Assembly: GCA_964640525.1 (NCBI GenBank)
Contig: CAZXGS010000008.1
Span: 7,174 to 71,173, forward strand
DNA length: 64,000 nt
Direction of reading: 5' to 3'
From: an uncultured Gammaproteobacteria bacterium
Lineage (GTDB): Bacteria > Pseudomonadota > Gammaproteobacteria > Xanthomonadales > Xanthomonadaceae
Positions 38,241 to 49,628 of this stretch are shown here, in pieces (position 1 is the first letter of the stretch; every line of letters begins with the position of its first letter). The translations under genes and the position numbers were made by a program. Below the pieces are notes generated by a model. It did no database searches. It worked only from the letters and a program-made list of their open reading frames with translations, and had not been told where the DNA came from.

Positions 38241-39332
38241 TCAGTTCTGCACGTTCAACTCGGTACGGCGGTTCTGCGCGCGACCGGCCGGGTTGTCCGA
38301 ACCGTCAGGGTTGGTGTTCGGCGCAATCGGGTGGCTCTCGCCGTAACCGTGCGGTCCCACCAAGCGACCGGCATCGATGCCATTCTTCACCAGGAAGTCG
38401 TACACGATCTTGGCGCGACGCTCGGAGAGCTTCATGTTGTAGGCATCCGAACCGATCGAGTCGGTGTGGCCGGCAACCTCCACGCGCAACTGCGGGTACT
38501 TGTTCAGCACCGCGACGGCCTCGTTCAGGATCGCCACCGCATCCGGGCGCAGCTTGGACTTGTCGAAGTCGAAGTTCACGCCACGCAGGTCGATGGTCAC
38601 CGGAACCGGGCAGCCGTCCGGACCCACGGCCGTACCAGCCGCGGTGTTCGGGCACTTGTCGTTGCAGTCGTTGACGCCGTCACCGTCGGAATCCTTGTCC
38701 GCGCAGGTGACCACCGGCGCCGGCGCCGGGGCCGGCTCGACGGGCTTCATCGGCTCCGGACCCAGGGCCACGGTCACGCCGACCGAGGCCAGCAGATCGA
38801 CGAAGTGGCCGGTCGTTGGCGCCTGCACCGAATTGTTGAACCCGTCATAACGGGCGCCAACCTCGGTACGGATGCCGTAACGGCCGTAATTGGCCTGCAG
38901 GCCGACGCCGAACACCGCCGCCAGGTTGTCCTCGGAATTGTGGAAGGGCAGACCGCCGAACCAGTAACCTTCGCGGTTGTGCTGCCAGCCCAGGCCGAAG
39001 CGCACGTATGGATTCCAGTCACGCCCCTCCTTGCGGAAGTGGTACAGGGCATCCAGCGACACGCCATACTGCTGCCAGTGCAGGCCGCTGTCGGGATTGT
39101 TCTCGCGCGCGCTCTGGCTGTTGAAGTTCAGTTCCAGCGCCCAATTGGGCGACAACGGCTTGCCGACACCGATCATGCCGAACGGCGCGTTGTAGTTCTG
39201 GCGCGCATTGTCCTGGTAGTTGTAGCCGAACGATCCGTCGATGTACCAGCGATCGTCGTAGCTCTGCGCAGCCGCGGTCTGCACCAGGCCGATCGCACCA
39301 AACAGGGCCAGGCAAAGAATCTTCTTCTTCAT
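38241..39332 (-). CDS. OmpA-family outer-membrane protein with thrombospondin-type-3-like Asp-rich linker
   Basis: Track ORF trimmed to ATG 39332 (MKKKILCLALFGAIGLVQTAAA, RBS GAGGAG). N-terminal beta-barrel, CADKDSDGDGVNDCNDKCPNT linker, and a C-terminal OmpA_C domain (VAGHTDSIGSDAYNMKLSERRA). Confidence 0.92.
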   Translation of the reverse strand: MKKKILCLALFGAIGLVQTAAAQSYDDRWYIDGSFGYNYQDNARQNYNAPFGMIGVGKPLSPNWALELNFNSQSARENNPDSGLHWQQYGVSLDALYHFRKEGRDWNPYVRFGLGWQHNREGYWFGGLPFHNSEDNLAAVFGVGLQANYGRYGIRTEVGARYDGFNNSVQAPTTGHFVDLLASVGVTVALGPEPMKPVEPAPAPAPVVTCADKDSDGDGVNDCNDKCPNTAAGTAVGPDGCPVPVTIDLRGVNFDFDKSKLRPDAVAILNEAVAVLNKYPQLRVEVAGHTDSIGSDAYNMKLSERRAKIVYDFLVKNGIDAGRLVGPHGYGESHPIAPNTNPDGSDNPAGRAQNRRTELNVQN

Positions 39333-39485
39333 TTGAATCTCCTCACGGTTTGATGACGACCTTGCGAAACCAATCCAATCCGAAACGGGGCCAGTCCATT
39401 GCACTCGGGAAAGCAGCCGCGATCCCCCGCAAACCGCCTTGTTAACGAGAGACTAACAAGTTCCCGCGATCCGCGCAAGCAGTGT

Positions 39486-40937
39486 CTATTCGGTCACGAA
39501 TTCGTTCAGCAAGCGTTGGATCGGGGTCGCATCCAGGGCCGCCGGATCCCTCGCCAGGGCCAGGATGTCATCGACCTTCGCCGCCGGCAGGTGGCCGCGC
39601 AGCGCCGCCTCGAACTTGGCCAGCAACACCGGGATACCCTCGACGCGGCGCTTGCGGTGGCCGATCGGATAGTCGATCGACACCTGCTCGGTCGAACTGC
39701 CGTCCGCGAAGAACACCTGCACCGAATTGCCGATGTAGCGCTTGCCCGGGTCGAAATAATCCTTGGTGAACTGCGGATTCTCCTCCACCGCCATCTTCGC
39801 GCGCAGCGCATCGATGCGCGGGTCGGCGGCCACCGCATCGGTGTAGTCGTCCGCGCTCAGGCGTCCGAAGATCAACGGCACCGCCACCATGTACTGGATG
39901 CAATGGTCGCGGTCGGCATAGTTGGCCAGCGGGCCGGTCTTGTCGATGATGCGCACGCCGGCTTCCTGGGTGCGGATCACGACCCTTTCGATTTCCGCGA
40001 TCCGATCCTTGACCTGCGGGTGCAGCGCCATTGCGCACTCCACCGCGGTCTGGGCGTGGAACTCGGCCGGGAAGCTGATCTTGAACAGCACGTTCTCCAT
40101 CACGTAGCTGCCGAACGGACGTTCGAACCGGAACGGCTGGCCCTTGAAGGCGACGTCGTAATAGCCCCACGTCGTTGCGCTCAGCGCGCTCGGATAGCCC
40201 ACCTCGCCCTTGACCGCGTTCAGCGCAAGGGTCACCGCACGCCGGCAGGCGTCGCCGGCGGCCCAGCTCTTGCGCGGGCCGGTGTTGGGCGCGTGGCGGT
40301 AGGTGCGCAGCGCGCCGTTGTCGATCCAGCTGTGCGACACCGCGTTGACGATCTGCTCGTGACTGCCGCCGAGCATCGCCGTGGTCACCGCGGTGGACGC
40401 CAGCCGGACCAGGATCACGTGGTCGATGCCGACCCGGTTGAAGCTGTTCTGCAGCGCGTAGCAGCCCTGGATCTCGTGCGCCTTGATCGCCCAGCCGAGC
40501 ACGTCGCGCACGGTGATCGGCTTGCCACCATCACGCTCGGCCTTGCGCGAGAGGTAATCAGCCACCGCGAGAATGGCGCCGAGGTTGTCGGAGGGGTGGC
40601 CCCATTCGGCGGCCAGCCAGGTGTCGTTGAAGTCCAGCCAGCGCACCTGCACGCCGATGTTGTAGGCGGCCTGCACCGGATCGAGCTCGAAGCCGGTGCC
40701 GGGCACGCGCGCGCCGCCAGCCAGCGTCGCCCCCGGCACGATCGGGCCGAGATGGCGGACGCAGGCCGGATGCTTAATCGCCAGCATCGCGCAGGCCAGC
40801 GAGTCCAGCAGCATCCAGCGCGCGGTGTCGAAGGCTTCGGTGGAGTCGATGCGGTAGCCGGTGACGTAATCGGCGATGTCCACCATCGCCTGGTCGGGTT
40901 GGGGTCGAACGGCTGAGCGAATGTCCGGCTGACTCAT
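39486..40937 (-). CDS. prpD: 2-methylcitrate dehydratase PrpD
   Basis: 483 aa with full-length MmgE/PrpD-family similarity (by recognition). Adjacent to prpF and acnD. Confidence 0.9.
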   Translation of the reverse strand: MSQPDIRSAVRPQPDQAMVDIADYVTGYRIDSTEAFDTARWMLLDSLACAMLAIKHPACVRHLGPIVPGATLAGGARVPGTGFELDPVQAAYNIGVQVRWLDFNDTWLAAEWGHPSDNLGAILAVADYLSRKAERDGGKPITVRDVLGWAIKAHEIQGCYALQNSFNRVGIDHVILVRLASTAVTTAMLGGSHEQIVNAVSHSWIDNGALRTYRHAPNTGPRKSWAAGDACRRAVTLALNAVKGEVGYPSALSATTWGYYDVAFKGQPFRFERPFGSYVMENVLFKISFPAEFHAQTAVECAMALHPQVKDRIAEIERVVIRTQEAGVRIIDKTGPLANYADRDHCIQYMVAVPLIFGRLSADDYTDAVAADPRIDALRAKMAVEENPQFTKDYFDPGKRYIGNSVQVFFADGSSTEQVSIDYPIGHRKRRVEGIPVLLAKFEAALRGHLPAAKVDDILALARDPAALDATPIQRLLNEFVTE

Positions 40938-41006
40938 GGCCCCACTCCTGACGATTGCAGATGCCCGCGTGTCGCGGCCGGCAGGCGAATGCCGGATCGA
41001 CCGCGG

Positions 41007-42221
41007 TCAGCTGCGTTCGATCGCCGACAACGCTTCCTCCGGTACCCTCACCATGCCTTCCATGAGGATGCGGGCACTGCGGCTCATGCTCGCGCGGACC
41101 ACCTGCCAGGCGCCATCGACCTGGCGCGCCTGAGCGCCCACCCGCAAGGTCCCCGAGGGGTGGCCGAAGCGCACCGCCTCGCGCGCGCCGCCACCGGCAG
41201 CGCGGTTGACCAAGGTTCCCGGTACCGCCGCGGCGGCGCCGATCGCCACCGCCGCGGTGCCCATCATGGCGTGGTGCAGCTTGCCCATCGACAGCGCGCG
41301 CACGTTCAGGTCGATGTCGGCGGCACGCACGTTCTTCCCGCTGGAGGCGACGTAGTCCGCAGCCGGGGCGAGGAAGGCGAGCTTCGGGGTGTGCTGGCGC
41401 TGGGCGATCTGAGCCAACTCGTCGATCAGACCCATCTTCAGCGCGCCGTGGGCGCGGATCGTCTCCAGCCGTGCCAGCGCCTTCGCATCCTCGTTGATCG
41501 CACCCTGCAGCTCGGTTCCGGCATAACCGAGCGCGGCGGCATCGACGAAAACGGTCGGGATGCCGGCATTGATCAGGGTCGCCTGCAGCACGCCCACGCC
41601 GGGTACGTCGAGTTCATCGACGAGGTGGCCAGTGGGGAACATGCCCTTGCCGGCAGCATCGCCGTCACCCTCCTCCGAAGGATCGAGAAATTCCAGAACG
41701 ATCTCCGCGGCCGGAAAGGTCACGCCGTCGAGTTCGAAATCGCCGCTCTCCTGCACCTGTCCGTCGGTGATCGGCACATGGGCGAGGATGGTCTTGCCGA
41801 TGTTGGCCTGCCAGATTCGCACGGTGCACACGCCATCGCGCAGGATGCGCGCCGGATCGATCAGCCCGGAGGCGATCGCGAACGGCCCGACCGCCGCCGA
41901 CAGGTTGCCGCAGTTGCCCGACCAATCCACGAACGCCTTGTCGATGGCGACCTGGCCGAACAGGTAATCGACGTCGTGGTCGGCGCGCGAGCTGGGCGAG
42001 ACGATCGCGGTCTTGCTGGTGCTGGAGGTCGCCCCGCCCATGCCGTCGGTCTGTTTGCCGTAGGGGTCGGGGCTGCCGATCACCCGCAGCAACAGGCTAT
42101 CGCGCGCGGCGCCGGGAACCTGCGCCGCGGCCGGCAAGTCGGCCAAGCGGAAGAACACGCCCTTGCTGGTGCCGCCGCGCATGTAGGTGGCGGGGATGCG
42201 AAGTTGCGGGGGATGCGGCAT
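41007..42221 (-). CDS. prpF: 2-methylaconitate cis-trans isomerase PrpF
   Basis: 404 aa. The N-terminus IPATYMRGGTSKGVFF and the motif GNCGNLSAAVGPFA are typical of PrpF. Confidence 0.9.
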   Translation of the reverse strand: MPHPPQLRIPATYMRGGTSKGVFFRLADLPAAAQVPGAARDSLLLRVIGSPDPYGKQTDGMGGATSSTSKTAIVSPSSRADHDVDYLFGQVAIDKAFVDWSGNCGNLSAAVGPFAIASGLIDPARILRDGVCTVRIWQANIGKTILAHVPITDGQVQESGDFELDGVTFPAAEIVLEFLDPSEEGDGDAAGKGMFPTGHLVDELDVPGVGVLQATLINAGIPTVFVDAAALGYAGTELQGAINEDAKALARLETIRAHGALKMGLIDELAQIAQRQHTPKLAFLAPAADYVASSGKNVRAADIDLNVRALSMGKLHHAMMGTAAVAIGAAAAVPGTLVNRAAGGGAREAVRFGHPSGTLRVGAQARQVDGAWQVVRASMSRSARILMEGMVRVPEEALSAIERS

Positions 42222-42419
42222 GGCGGGGATCGCTGGCGGGGATGGGCGAATTGTAACGACCCGCCGACGGCGCTTGCGAACGGGCGATGGCGGGCGACGT
42301 CGGGCTGGATCGCTCGCGGATGCGCGCGAAGCCTTCGAGGCTCGGTTCGGATTTGGCTGCCGGCACTCAGTCGCGTTGCGGGCCGCAGTGGCCAGCGTTC
42401 ATCCTTCCCCAATACGCGA

Positions 42420-42740
42420 TCAGCCCTGCTGCAACCATGCCGGAATGCCCCGGTGCGCGTGCAGGACTCGCCCGACCTCGACGTGCCGTGCGCGTTCCAC
42501 GAAAAACACCAGATACGGGAACCCCTTGACCGGCCAGCAGCGCAAGCCATCGAGATTGAGCTCGGCCGCGTACGGGGTCGATCCGGCCTTGGGGTAGCTA
42601 CCGATGTGCCGCAACGCGCCCTGCACCGCGGCGACCCAGCGCTGGGCCAGTCCCGAACCACCCTCCTTCCGATACCAAGCGGTGGCCTGTCGCAGATCCT
42701 GACGGGCCTTGGCGCTGAGGGTGACGCGCGTTGGCGTCAC
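42420..42740 (-). CDS. parE: type II toxin, ParE/RelE superfamily
   Basis: 106 aa with a GTG start that overlaps the antitoxin stop (GTGA). Pattern A..DL.....Y....G...A.R........L...P..G...........R......Y.V.Y......V.I..V.H fits ParE. Confidence 0.8.
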   Translation of the reverse strand: MTPTRVTLSAKARQDLRQATAWYRKEGGSGLAQRWVAAVQGALRHIGSYPKAGSTPYAAELNLDGLRCWPVKGFPYLVFFVERARHVEVGRVLHAHRGIPAWLQQG

Positions 42741-42976
42741 GGCTCGGATCGGCCTTTAGCGACCTCGCGCAACTGTGCAAAAAACGTCGCGTCTGCTTCT
42801 TGGGCCGGCCCCGACCCAAACCCCTCCATCAGCAGCGCACGCACTTTCGCCACATCGCGCTGCTTGCGGATCAACTCGCGCAGGTACTCGCTGGTCGAGC
42901 CGTAGGCATGTTCGGCGACCTGGGCATCGACGAACGCCTTCAGGTCGTCGGGCAAGGAGATGTTCATGGTGGCCAT
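42737..42976 (-). CDS. parD: type II antitoxin, ParD/RHH (CopG-like) family
   Basis: Track ORF 42737..43042 trimmed to ATG 42976. MATMNISLPDDLKAFVDAQVAEHAYGSTSEYLRELIRKQ is a canonical ParD-type N-terminus; 79 aa. Confidence 0.82.
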   Translation of the reverse strand: MATMNISLPDDLKAFVDAQVAEHAYGSTSEYLRELIRKQRDVAKVRALLMEGFGSGPAQEADATFFAQLREVAKGRSEP

Positions 42977-43147
42977 GGCGCGTTCCGATGGCAAGGATTG
43001 CCATCGAGTCTGCGCCCGGCAGGGTGCGGCCGCAAGCGGCATCCTGCGCCGGCCGCAGGCATCACCGCGGCGACCCGGCGCCGCACGAGGAAGCGTGTCG
43101 TTCCCGCCACGGCCACCGCGCGCCAGGCCGCACCGTTCCGCCGCGCC

Positions 43148-45763
43148 TCAGGCCGCCTTGCTGGCCGCCAGGAAATCCTGCGCGAACCGCTGCAGCACCC
43201 CGCCGGCCTGGTAGATCGCCACATCCTCGGCGGTGTCCAGCCGGCAGGTGACCGGCACCTCCACGCGCTCGCCGCTGCGGCGGTGGACGACCAAGGTCAG
43301 CTGCGCACGCGGGGCCGGGCTGCCGAGCACGTCGTAGGTTTCGGTGCCATCCAGAGCGAGGGTCTTGCGATCGGTGCCCGGCTGGAACTCCAGCGGCAGC
43401 ACGCCCATGCCGACCAGATTGGTGCGGTGGATGCGCTCGAAGCCCTCGGCCACGATCGCCTCCACCCCCGCCAGCCGCACGCCCTTGGCCGCCCAGTCGC
43501 GCGAGCTGCCCTGGCCGTAGTCGGCGCCGGCGACGATGATCAGCGGCTGGCCGCGCTCCATGTAGGTCTCGATCGCCTCCCACATCCGCACGAGCTTGCC
43601 TTCCGGCTCGATCCGCGCCAGCGAGCCCTGCTTCACCGCGCCATCGACGACCACCATTTCGTTGATGAGCTTGGGGTTGGCGAAGGTCGCGCGCTGCGCG
43701 GTCAGGTGGTCGCCGCGGTGGGTGGCGTAGGAATTGAAGTCCTCCTCCGGCAGGCCCATTTTCGCCAGGTACTCGCCGGCGGCGCTGTCGCGCAGGATCG
43801 CGTTCGACGGCGAGAGGTGGTCGGTGGTGATGTTGTCGCCGAGCACAGCCAGCGGGCGCATGCCGCGCAGCGTGCGCGCGCCGGCCAGCGCGCCTTCCCA
43901 GTACGGCGGCCGGCGGATGTAGGTGCTGGTCTCGCGCCAGCCGTACAGCGGCGCGGCCATGCCGGCCGGCCCGCCGGTGCGGGCGAACATCGGCTCGTAG
44001 ACGCGGCGGAACTGCTCGGGCTTGACGTGCTGGGCGAGGATGGCGTCGATCTGGGCATCGTCGGGCCAGATGTCGACCAGCCGCACGTCCTGTCCGTTCG
44101 CATCGACGCCCAGCACATCCTTTTCGATGTCGAAGCGGATCGTGCCGGCGATCGCCCAGGCCACCACCAGCGGCGGCGAGGCCAAGAAGGCCTGCTTGGC
44201 GTAGGGATGGATGCGGCCATCGAAATTGCGGTTGCCCGAAAGCACCGCGGTGGCGTACAGGTCGCGTTCGACGATCTCGCGCTGGATCACCGGGTCGAGC
44301 GCGCCGCTCATGCCGTTGCAGGTGGTGCAGGCGAAGCCGACGATGCCGAAGCCGAGCTGCTCCAGCTCCGGCAGCAGACCGGCCTCGCGCAGGTACGACT
44401 CCACCGCCTTGGAGCCGGGCGCCAGCGAGGTTTTCACCCACGGCTTGCGGCGCAGGCCGCGGGCGTTGGCATTGCGCGCCAGCAGGCCGGCGGCGATCAC
44501 GTTGCGCGGGTTGGAGGTGTTGGTGCAACTGGTGATGGCGGCGATGATGACCGCGCCATCGGGCATCAGCCCCTGCGCCTGCTCGGCGCGACCGGAAGCC
44601 AGCTTGGCCGGATCGGCGATGCCGCGCGCGGCCAGCTCGCTGGTCGCCACCCGCTTGTGCGGGTTCGACGGCCCGGCCATGGTGCGCACGACGGCCGCCA
44701 GGTCGAAGCTCAGCGTCCGGTCGTACTGCGCGCCGCGCAGGCTGTCCGACCACAGCCCGGCCTGCTTCGCATAGGTCTCGACCAGCCGGACCTGCTGCGG
44801 CTCGCGCCCGGTCAGGCGCAGGTAAGTCAGGGTCTGCTCGTCGATCGAGAACAGCGCCGCGGTGGCGCCGTACTCCGGGGTCATGTTGGAGATGGTGGCG
44901 CGATCGCCCAGGGTCAGCGCTGCCGCGCCCTCGCCGAAGAACTCGATGTAGGCGCCGACGACTTTCGCGTTGCGCAGGAACTCGGTCAGCGACAGCACGA
45001 TGTCGGTGGCGGTGATGCCCGCCCCCGGGCGGCCGCGCAGTTCGACGCCGACGATCTCCGGCAGCCGCATCCACGAGGCGCGGCCGAGCATCACCGATTC
45101 GGCCTCCAGCCCGCCGACGCCGACCGCGATCACCCCCAGCGCGTCCACGTGCGGGGTGTGGCTGTCGGTGCCGACGCAGGTGTCGGGATACGCCACCCCG
45201 TCCTCCACGCCGACCACGGGGCTCATCCGCTCCAGGTTGATCTGGTGCATGATCCCGTTGCCCGGCGGGATCACGTCGACGTTGCGGAACGCCTTTTTCG
45301 TCCACTCGATGAAGTGGAAGCGATCCTCGTTGCGGCGATCCTCAATGGCGCGGTTCTTGGCGAACGCATCCGGGTCGTAGCCGCCGCATTCCACCGCCAG
45401 CGAGTGGTCGACGATCAACTGGGTCGGCACCACCGGATTGATCTGCGCCGGGTCACCGCCTTGATCGGCGATCGCATCACGCAGGCCGGCCAAGTCCACC
45501 AGCGCGGTCTGGCCGAGGATGTCGTGGCAGACCACGCGCGCCGGGAACCACGGGAAGTCGAGGTCGCGGCGGCGTTCGATGAATTGCCTGAGGTAGTCGT
45601 CGCGCAGCGCCGGATCGGCGCGGCGCACGATGTTCTCGGCATGGACGCGGCAGGTGTAGGGCAGCGTGTCCCAGGCGCCGGGGCGGAGGGCATCGACCGC
45701 CGCGCGGGCGTCGAACCAGTCCAGCTCGGTGCCGGGCAGCGGCTTGCGGAATTCGCTGTTCAT
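43148..45763 (-). CDS. acnD: Fe/S-dependent 2-methylisocitrate dehydratase AcnD (aconitase family)
   Basis: Track ORF 43148..46021 trimmed to ATG 45763 (MNSEFRKPLPGT...). 871 aa, with aconitase motifs (IVDHS, GTDSHT, CTTCNG) and synteny with prpF. Confidence 0.92.
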   Translation of the reverse strand: MNSEFRKPLPGTELDWFDARAAVDALRPGAWDTLPYTCRVHAENIVRRADPALRDDYLRQFIERRRDLDFPWFPARVVCHDILGQTALVDLAGLRDAIADQGGDPAQINPVVPTQLIVDHSLAVECGGYDPDAFAKNRAIEDRRNEDRFHFIEWTKKAFRNVDVIPPGNGIMHQINLERMSPVVGVEDGVAYPDTCVGTDSHTPHVDALGVIAVGVGGLEAESVMLGRASWMRLPEIVGVELRGRPGAGITATDIVLSLTEFLRNAKVVGAYIEFFGEGAAALTLGDRATISNMTPEYGATAALFSIDEQTLTYLRLTGREPQQVRLVETYAKQAGLWSDSLRGAQYDRTLSFDLAAVVRTMAGPSNPHKRVATSELAARGIADPAKLASGRAEQAQGLMPDGAVIIAAITSCTNTSNPRNVIAAGLLARNANARGLRRKPWVKTSLAPGSKAVESYLREAGLLPELEQLGFGIVGFACTTCNGMSGALDPVIQREIVERDLYATAVLSGNRNFDGRIHPYAKQAFLASPPLVVAWAIAGTIRFDIEKDVLGVDANGQDVRLVDIWPDDAQIDAILAQHVKPEQFRRVYEPMFARTGGPAGMAAPLYGWRETSTYIRRPPYWEGALAGARTLRGMRPLAVLGDNITTDHLSPSNAILRDSAAGEYLAKMGLPEEDFNSYATHRGDHLTAQRATFANPKLINEMVVVDGAVKQGSLARIEPEGKLVRMWEAIETYMERGQPLIIVAGADYGQGSSRDWAAKGVRLAGVEAIVAEGFERIHRTNLVGMGVLPLEFQPGTDRKTLALDGTETYDVLGSPAPRAQLTLVVHRRSGERVEVPVTCRLDTAEDVAIYQAGGVLQRFAQDFLAASKAA

Positions 45764-45788
45764 GCGTGGAAATCCCTGCTGTGGAAAG

Positions 45789-45905
45789 CCCCTCTCCCAC
45801 CGGGAGAGGGGTTGGGGTGAGGGGCCGGCCGCCCACGCAGGTCCGCGCTCGCACCGACCCCTCATCCGCCCCTTGCGGGGCACCTTCTTCCGCCGGGAGA
45901 AGGGA
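45789..45905. repeat. REP family A element (45789-45824) followed by a family B element (45858-45905)
   Basis: Same paired arrangement as 12694-12818 and 63472-63661. Lies in the acnD/fadH divergent intergenic region. Confidence 0.75.
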
Positions 45906-46073
45906 GGCGATGCGCATCGCCTTGCAGGCAACAGCCGAACGCCCATTGTGCCAGATGCGGCCGTACGCCTCGGTGATCGTCCGACCCATCGACCCCGTTC
46001 CATTGTCACCCAAACCGTCACCCAGCCACTTGTCGGCGATCCCGCGACTTGGCATATTCATACGATCGTTTGA

Positions 46074-48240
<2,167 letters not shown>

Positions 48241-48358
48241 AAGCAACCGGCTCCGTACCGCCATCCTCGCGGCGTTCGACCGCCGCCGGCCGGTCGCGTG
48301 GCGAGGGTGATCCAGAACGCCATCACCCAAAGTCTCCCGAATCCGTTCGGGGCGTGCC

Positions 48359-49111
48359 TCAGAACGGGTTCGCGCAGGCCTTTGCGGTCTTGCCGAACAT
48401 CTCGGTCTGGATCGCCGGAGACTGCATCAGCAGGTTGGCATAGGACTGAATCGGGATGCCGCCGGCACGGTAGCAAGCCGTGCCGAAGCCGGCGTCGTTG
48501 CCCGCACCGTTCATCAACTGGGTCACCCAGCGCACCGGCCAGACGATGACCGGATCGCAGTAATTCACCCGGATGCTGAGGATGTTGGCGTCCTGGATGC
48601 TCTGCTTGGACTTCGCGCCGGGCGTGGTGCTCCGGTACAACAGCCTGGCGTTGGGAATCGCGGTGATCGGGGTGCCATTCACCAGCACGTTGTTGTTGGT
48701 CGCGAAGTCCTTGAACGAATTGGCGGTCGGGTTGAGCACGTCGATCGCCACATTGTCCAGGCCACCGATGGCGCCCAGCGTGGTCTTGGTCCAGGCGTTG
48801 ACCAGCGACGAGGTGTAGCCGGCGATATCGCGATTCATGTTCGCGGACTGGTACAGCGGCACCAGCCCCTTGATCACGCCGGCGCGGATCGAACACACGC
48901 TGCCGTTGGCAACGATGCCCTCGCGCGCGCCGGAAATCGCGGCTTGGTCGAGCGTGGTCTTGGCCATGAAGAACAGCGCGAACTGCAGGATGCCCAGGGT
49001 CAGCAACAGCAACACCGGGATCACGATGATGAACTCGGCCAGCGATTGACCGGCCATGGCGTGGCGCCTGCCCAGCCGGGGTGCCAGCGGCTGCCGCACG
49101 GACCTTTTCAT
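48359..49111 (-). CDS. TadE-like pseudopilin-type protein (250 aa)
   Basis: N-terminus GQSLAEFIIVIPVLLLLTLGILQFALFFMAKTTLDQAA matches the TadE-like signature. Last gene of the Tad-like operon. Confidence 0.75.
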   Translation of the reverse strand: MKRSVRQPLAPRLGRRHAMAGQSLAEFIIVIPVLLLLTLGILQFALFFMAKTTLDQAAISGAREGIVANGSVCSIRAGVIKGLVPLYQSANMNRDIAGYTSSLVNAWTKTTLGAIGGLDNVAIDVLNPTANSFKDFATNNNVLVNGTPITAIPNARLLYRSTTPGAKSKQSIQDANILSIRVNYCDPVIVWPVRWVTQLMNGAGNDAGFGTACYRAGGIPIQSYANLLMQSPAIQTEMFGKTAKACANPF

Positions 49112-49275
49112 GGGATGCCCTCCGTCGTTGCGCAGGTCCGCGCACGCGAACCCGATCCGACATCGCCCTTCGTTGCGCTCGCGACCCCAACGAGGCCACG
49201 CGCGACACCCGCATCACCGTCACCCGCCGCCTTGGCGTTGCTGGCCGGGCCGGCATGGACGATTCCTGCGGTCAT
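49108..49275 (-). CDS. possible small ORF (55 aa), translationally coupled on both sides
   Basis: ATGA overlaps at both ends (with the DUF192 stop and the TadE-like start). By hand count, third-position GC is about 70 percent, lower than neighbouring genes. No TM segment or recognisable motif. Confidence 0.25.
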   Translation of the reverse strand: MTAGIVHAGPASNAKAAGDGDAGVARGLVGVASATKGDVGSGSRARTCATTEGIP

Positions 49276-49628
49276 GGCACACCCGCATCGCTCACCGTCA
49301 ATTGGCGCTGCGGCGTGATGCCCGCCCGCGCGCACGCGCCGGCGGCGAACTCCACCGTCGTCCTGGCCCGCAGGCAGGCGGCCATGCGCATCGGCCGCAG
49401 CGCGCTGACCACCCGCAGCACCACGCCGGAGGCGTCGAGGAACACCACGTCGATGGCGTACCGCATGCCCACGGTGTGGACGGCGTTGCAGCGCTCCAGG
49501 TACATCGCCTCGCCCGCCGCCAGCGGCGGCCGCCACAGCAGGCCGCGCATTCGCTCCAGCGGGCCGCGCGTCACCAGCAGCCGATCCGCCACGACCTCCC
49601 CACCCGACAGCAGCCTGGCGAGTTTCAA
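49272..49628 (-). CDS. DUF192-family protein
   Basis: C-terminal part of track ORF 49272..50426. A TTG at 49628 overlaps the tadC stop. RMRGLLWRPPL...AMYLERCNAVHTVGMRYAIDVVFLDASGVV...VEFAAG fits the DUF192 pattern. Start codon uncertain. Confidence 0.6.
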   Translation of the reverse strand: MKLARLLSGGEVVADRLLVTRGPLERMRGLLWRPPLAAGEAMYLERCNAVHTVGMRYAIDVVFLDASGVVLRVVSALRPMRMAACLRARTTVEFAAGACARAGITPQRQLTVSDAGVP

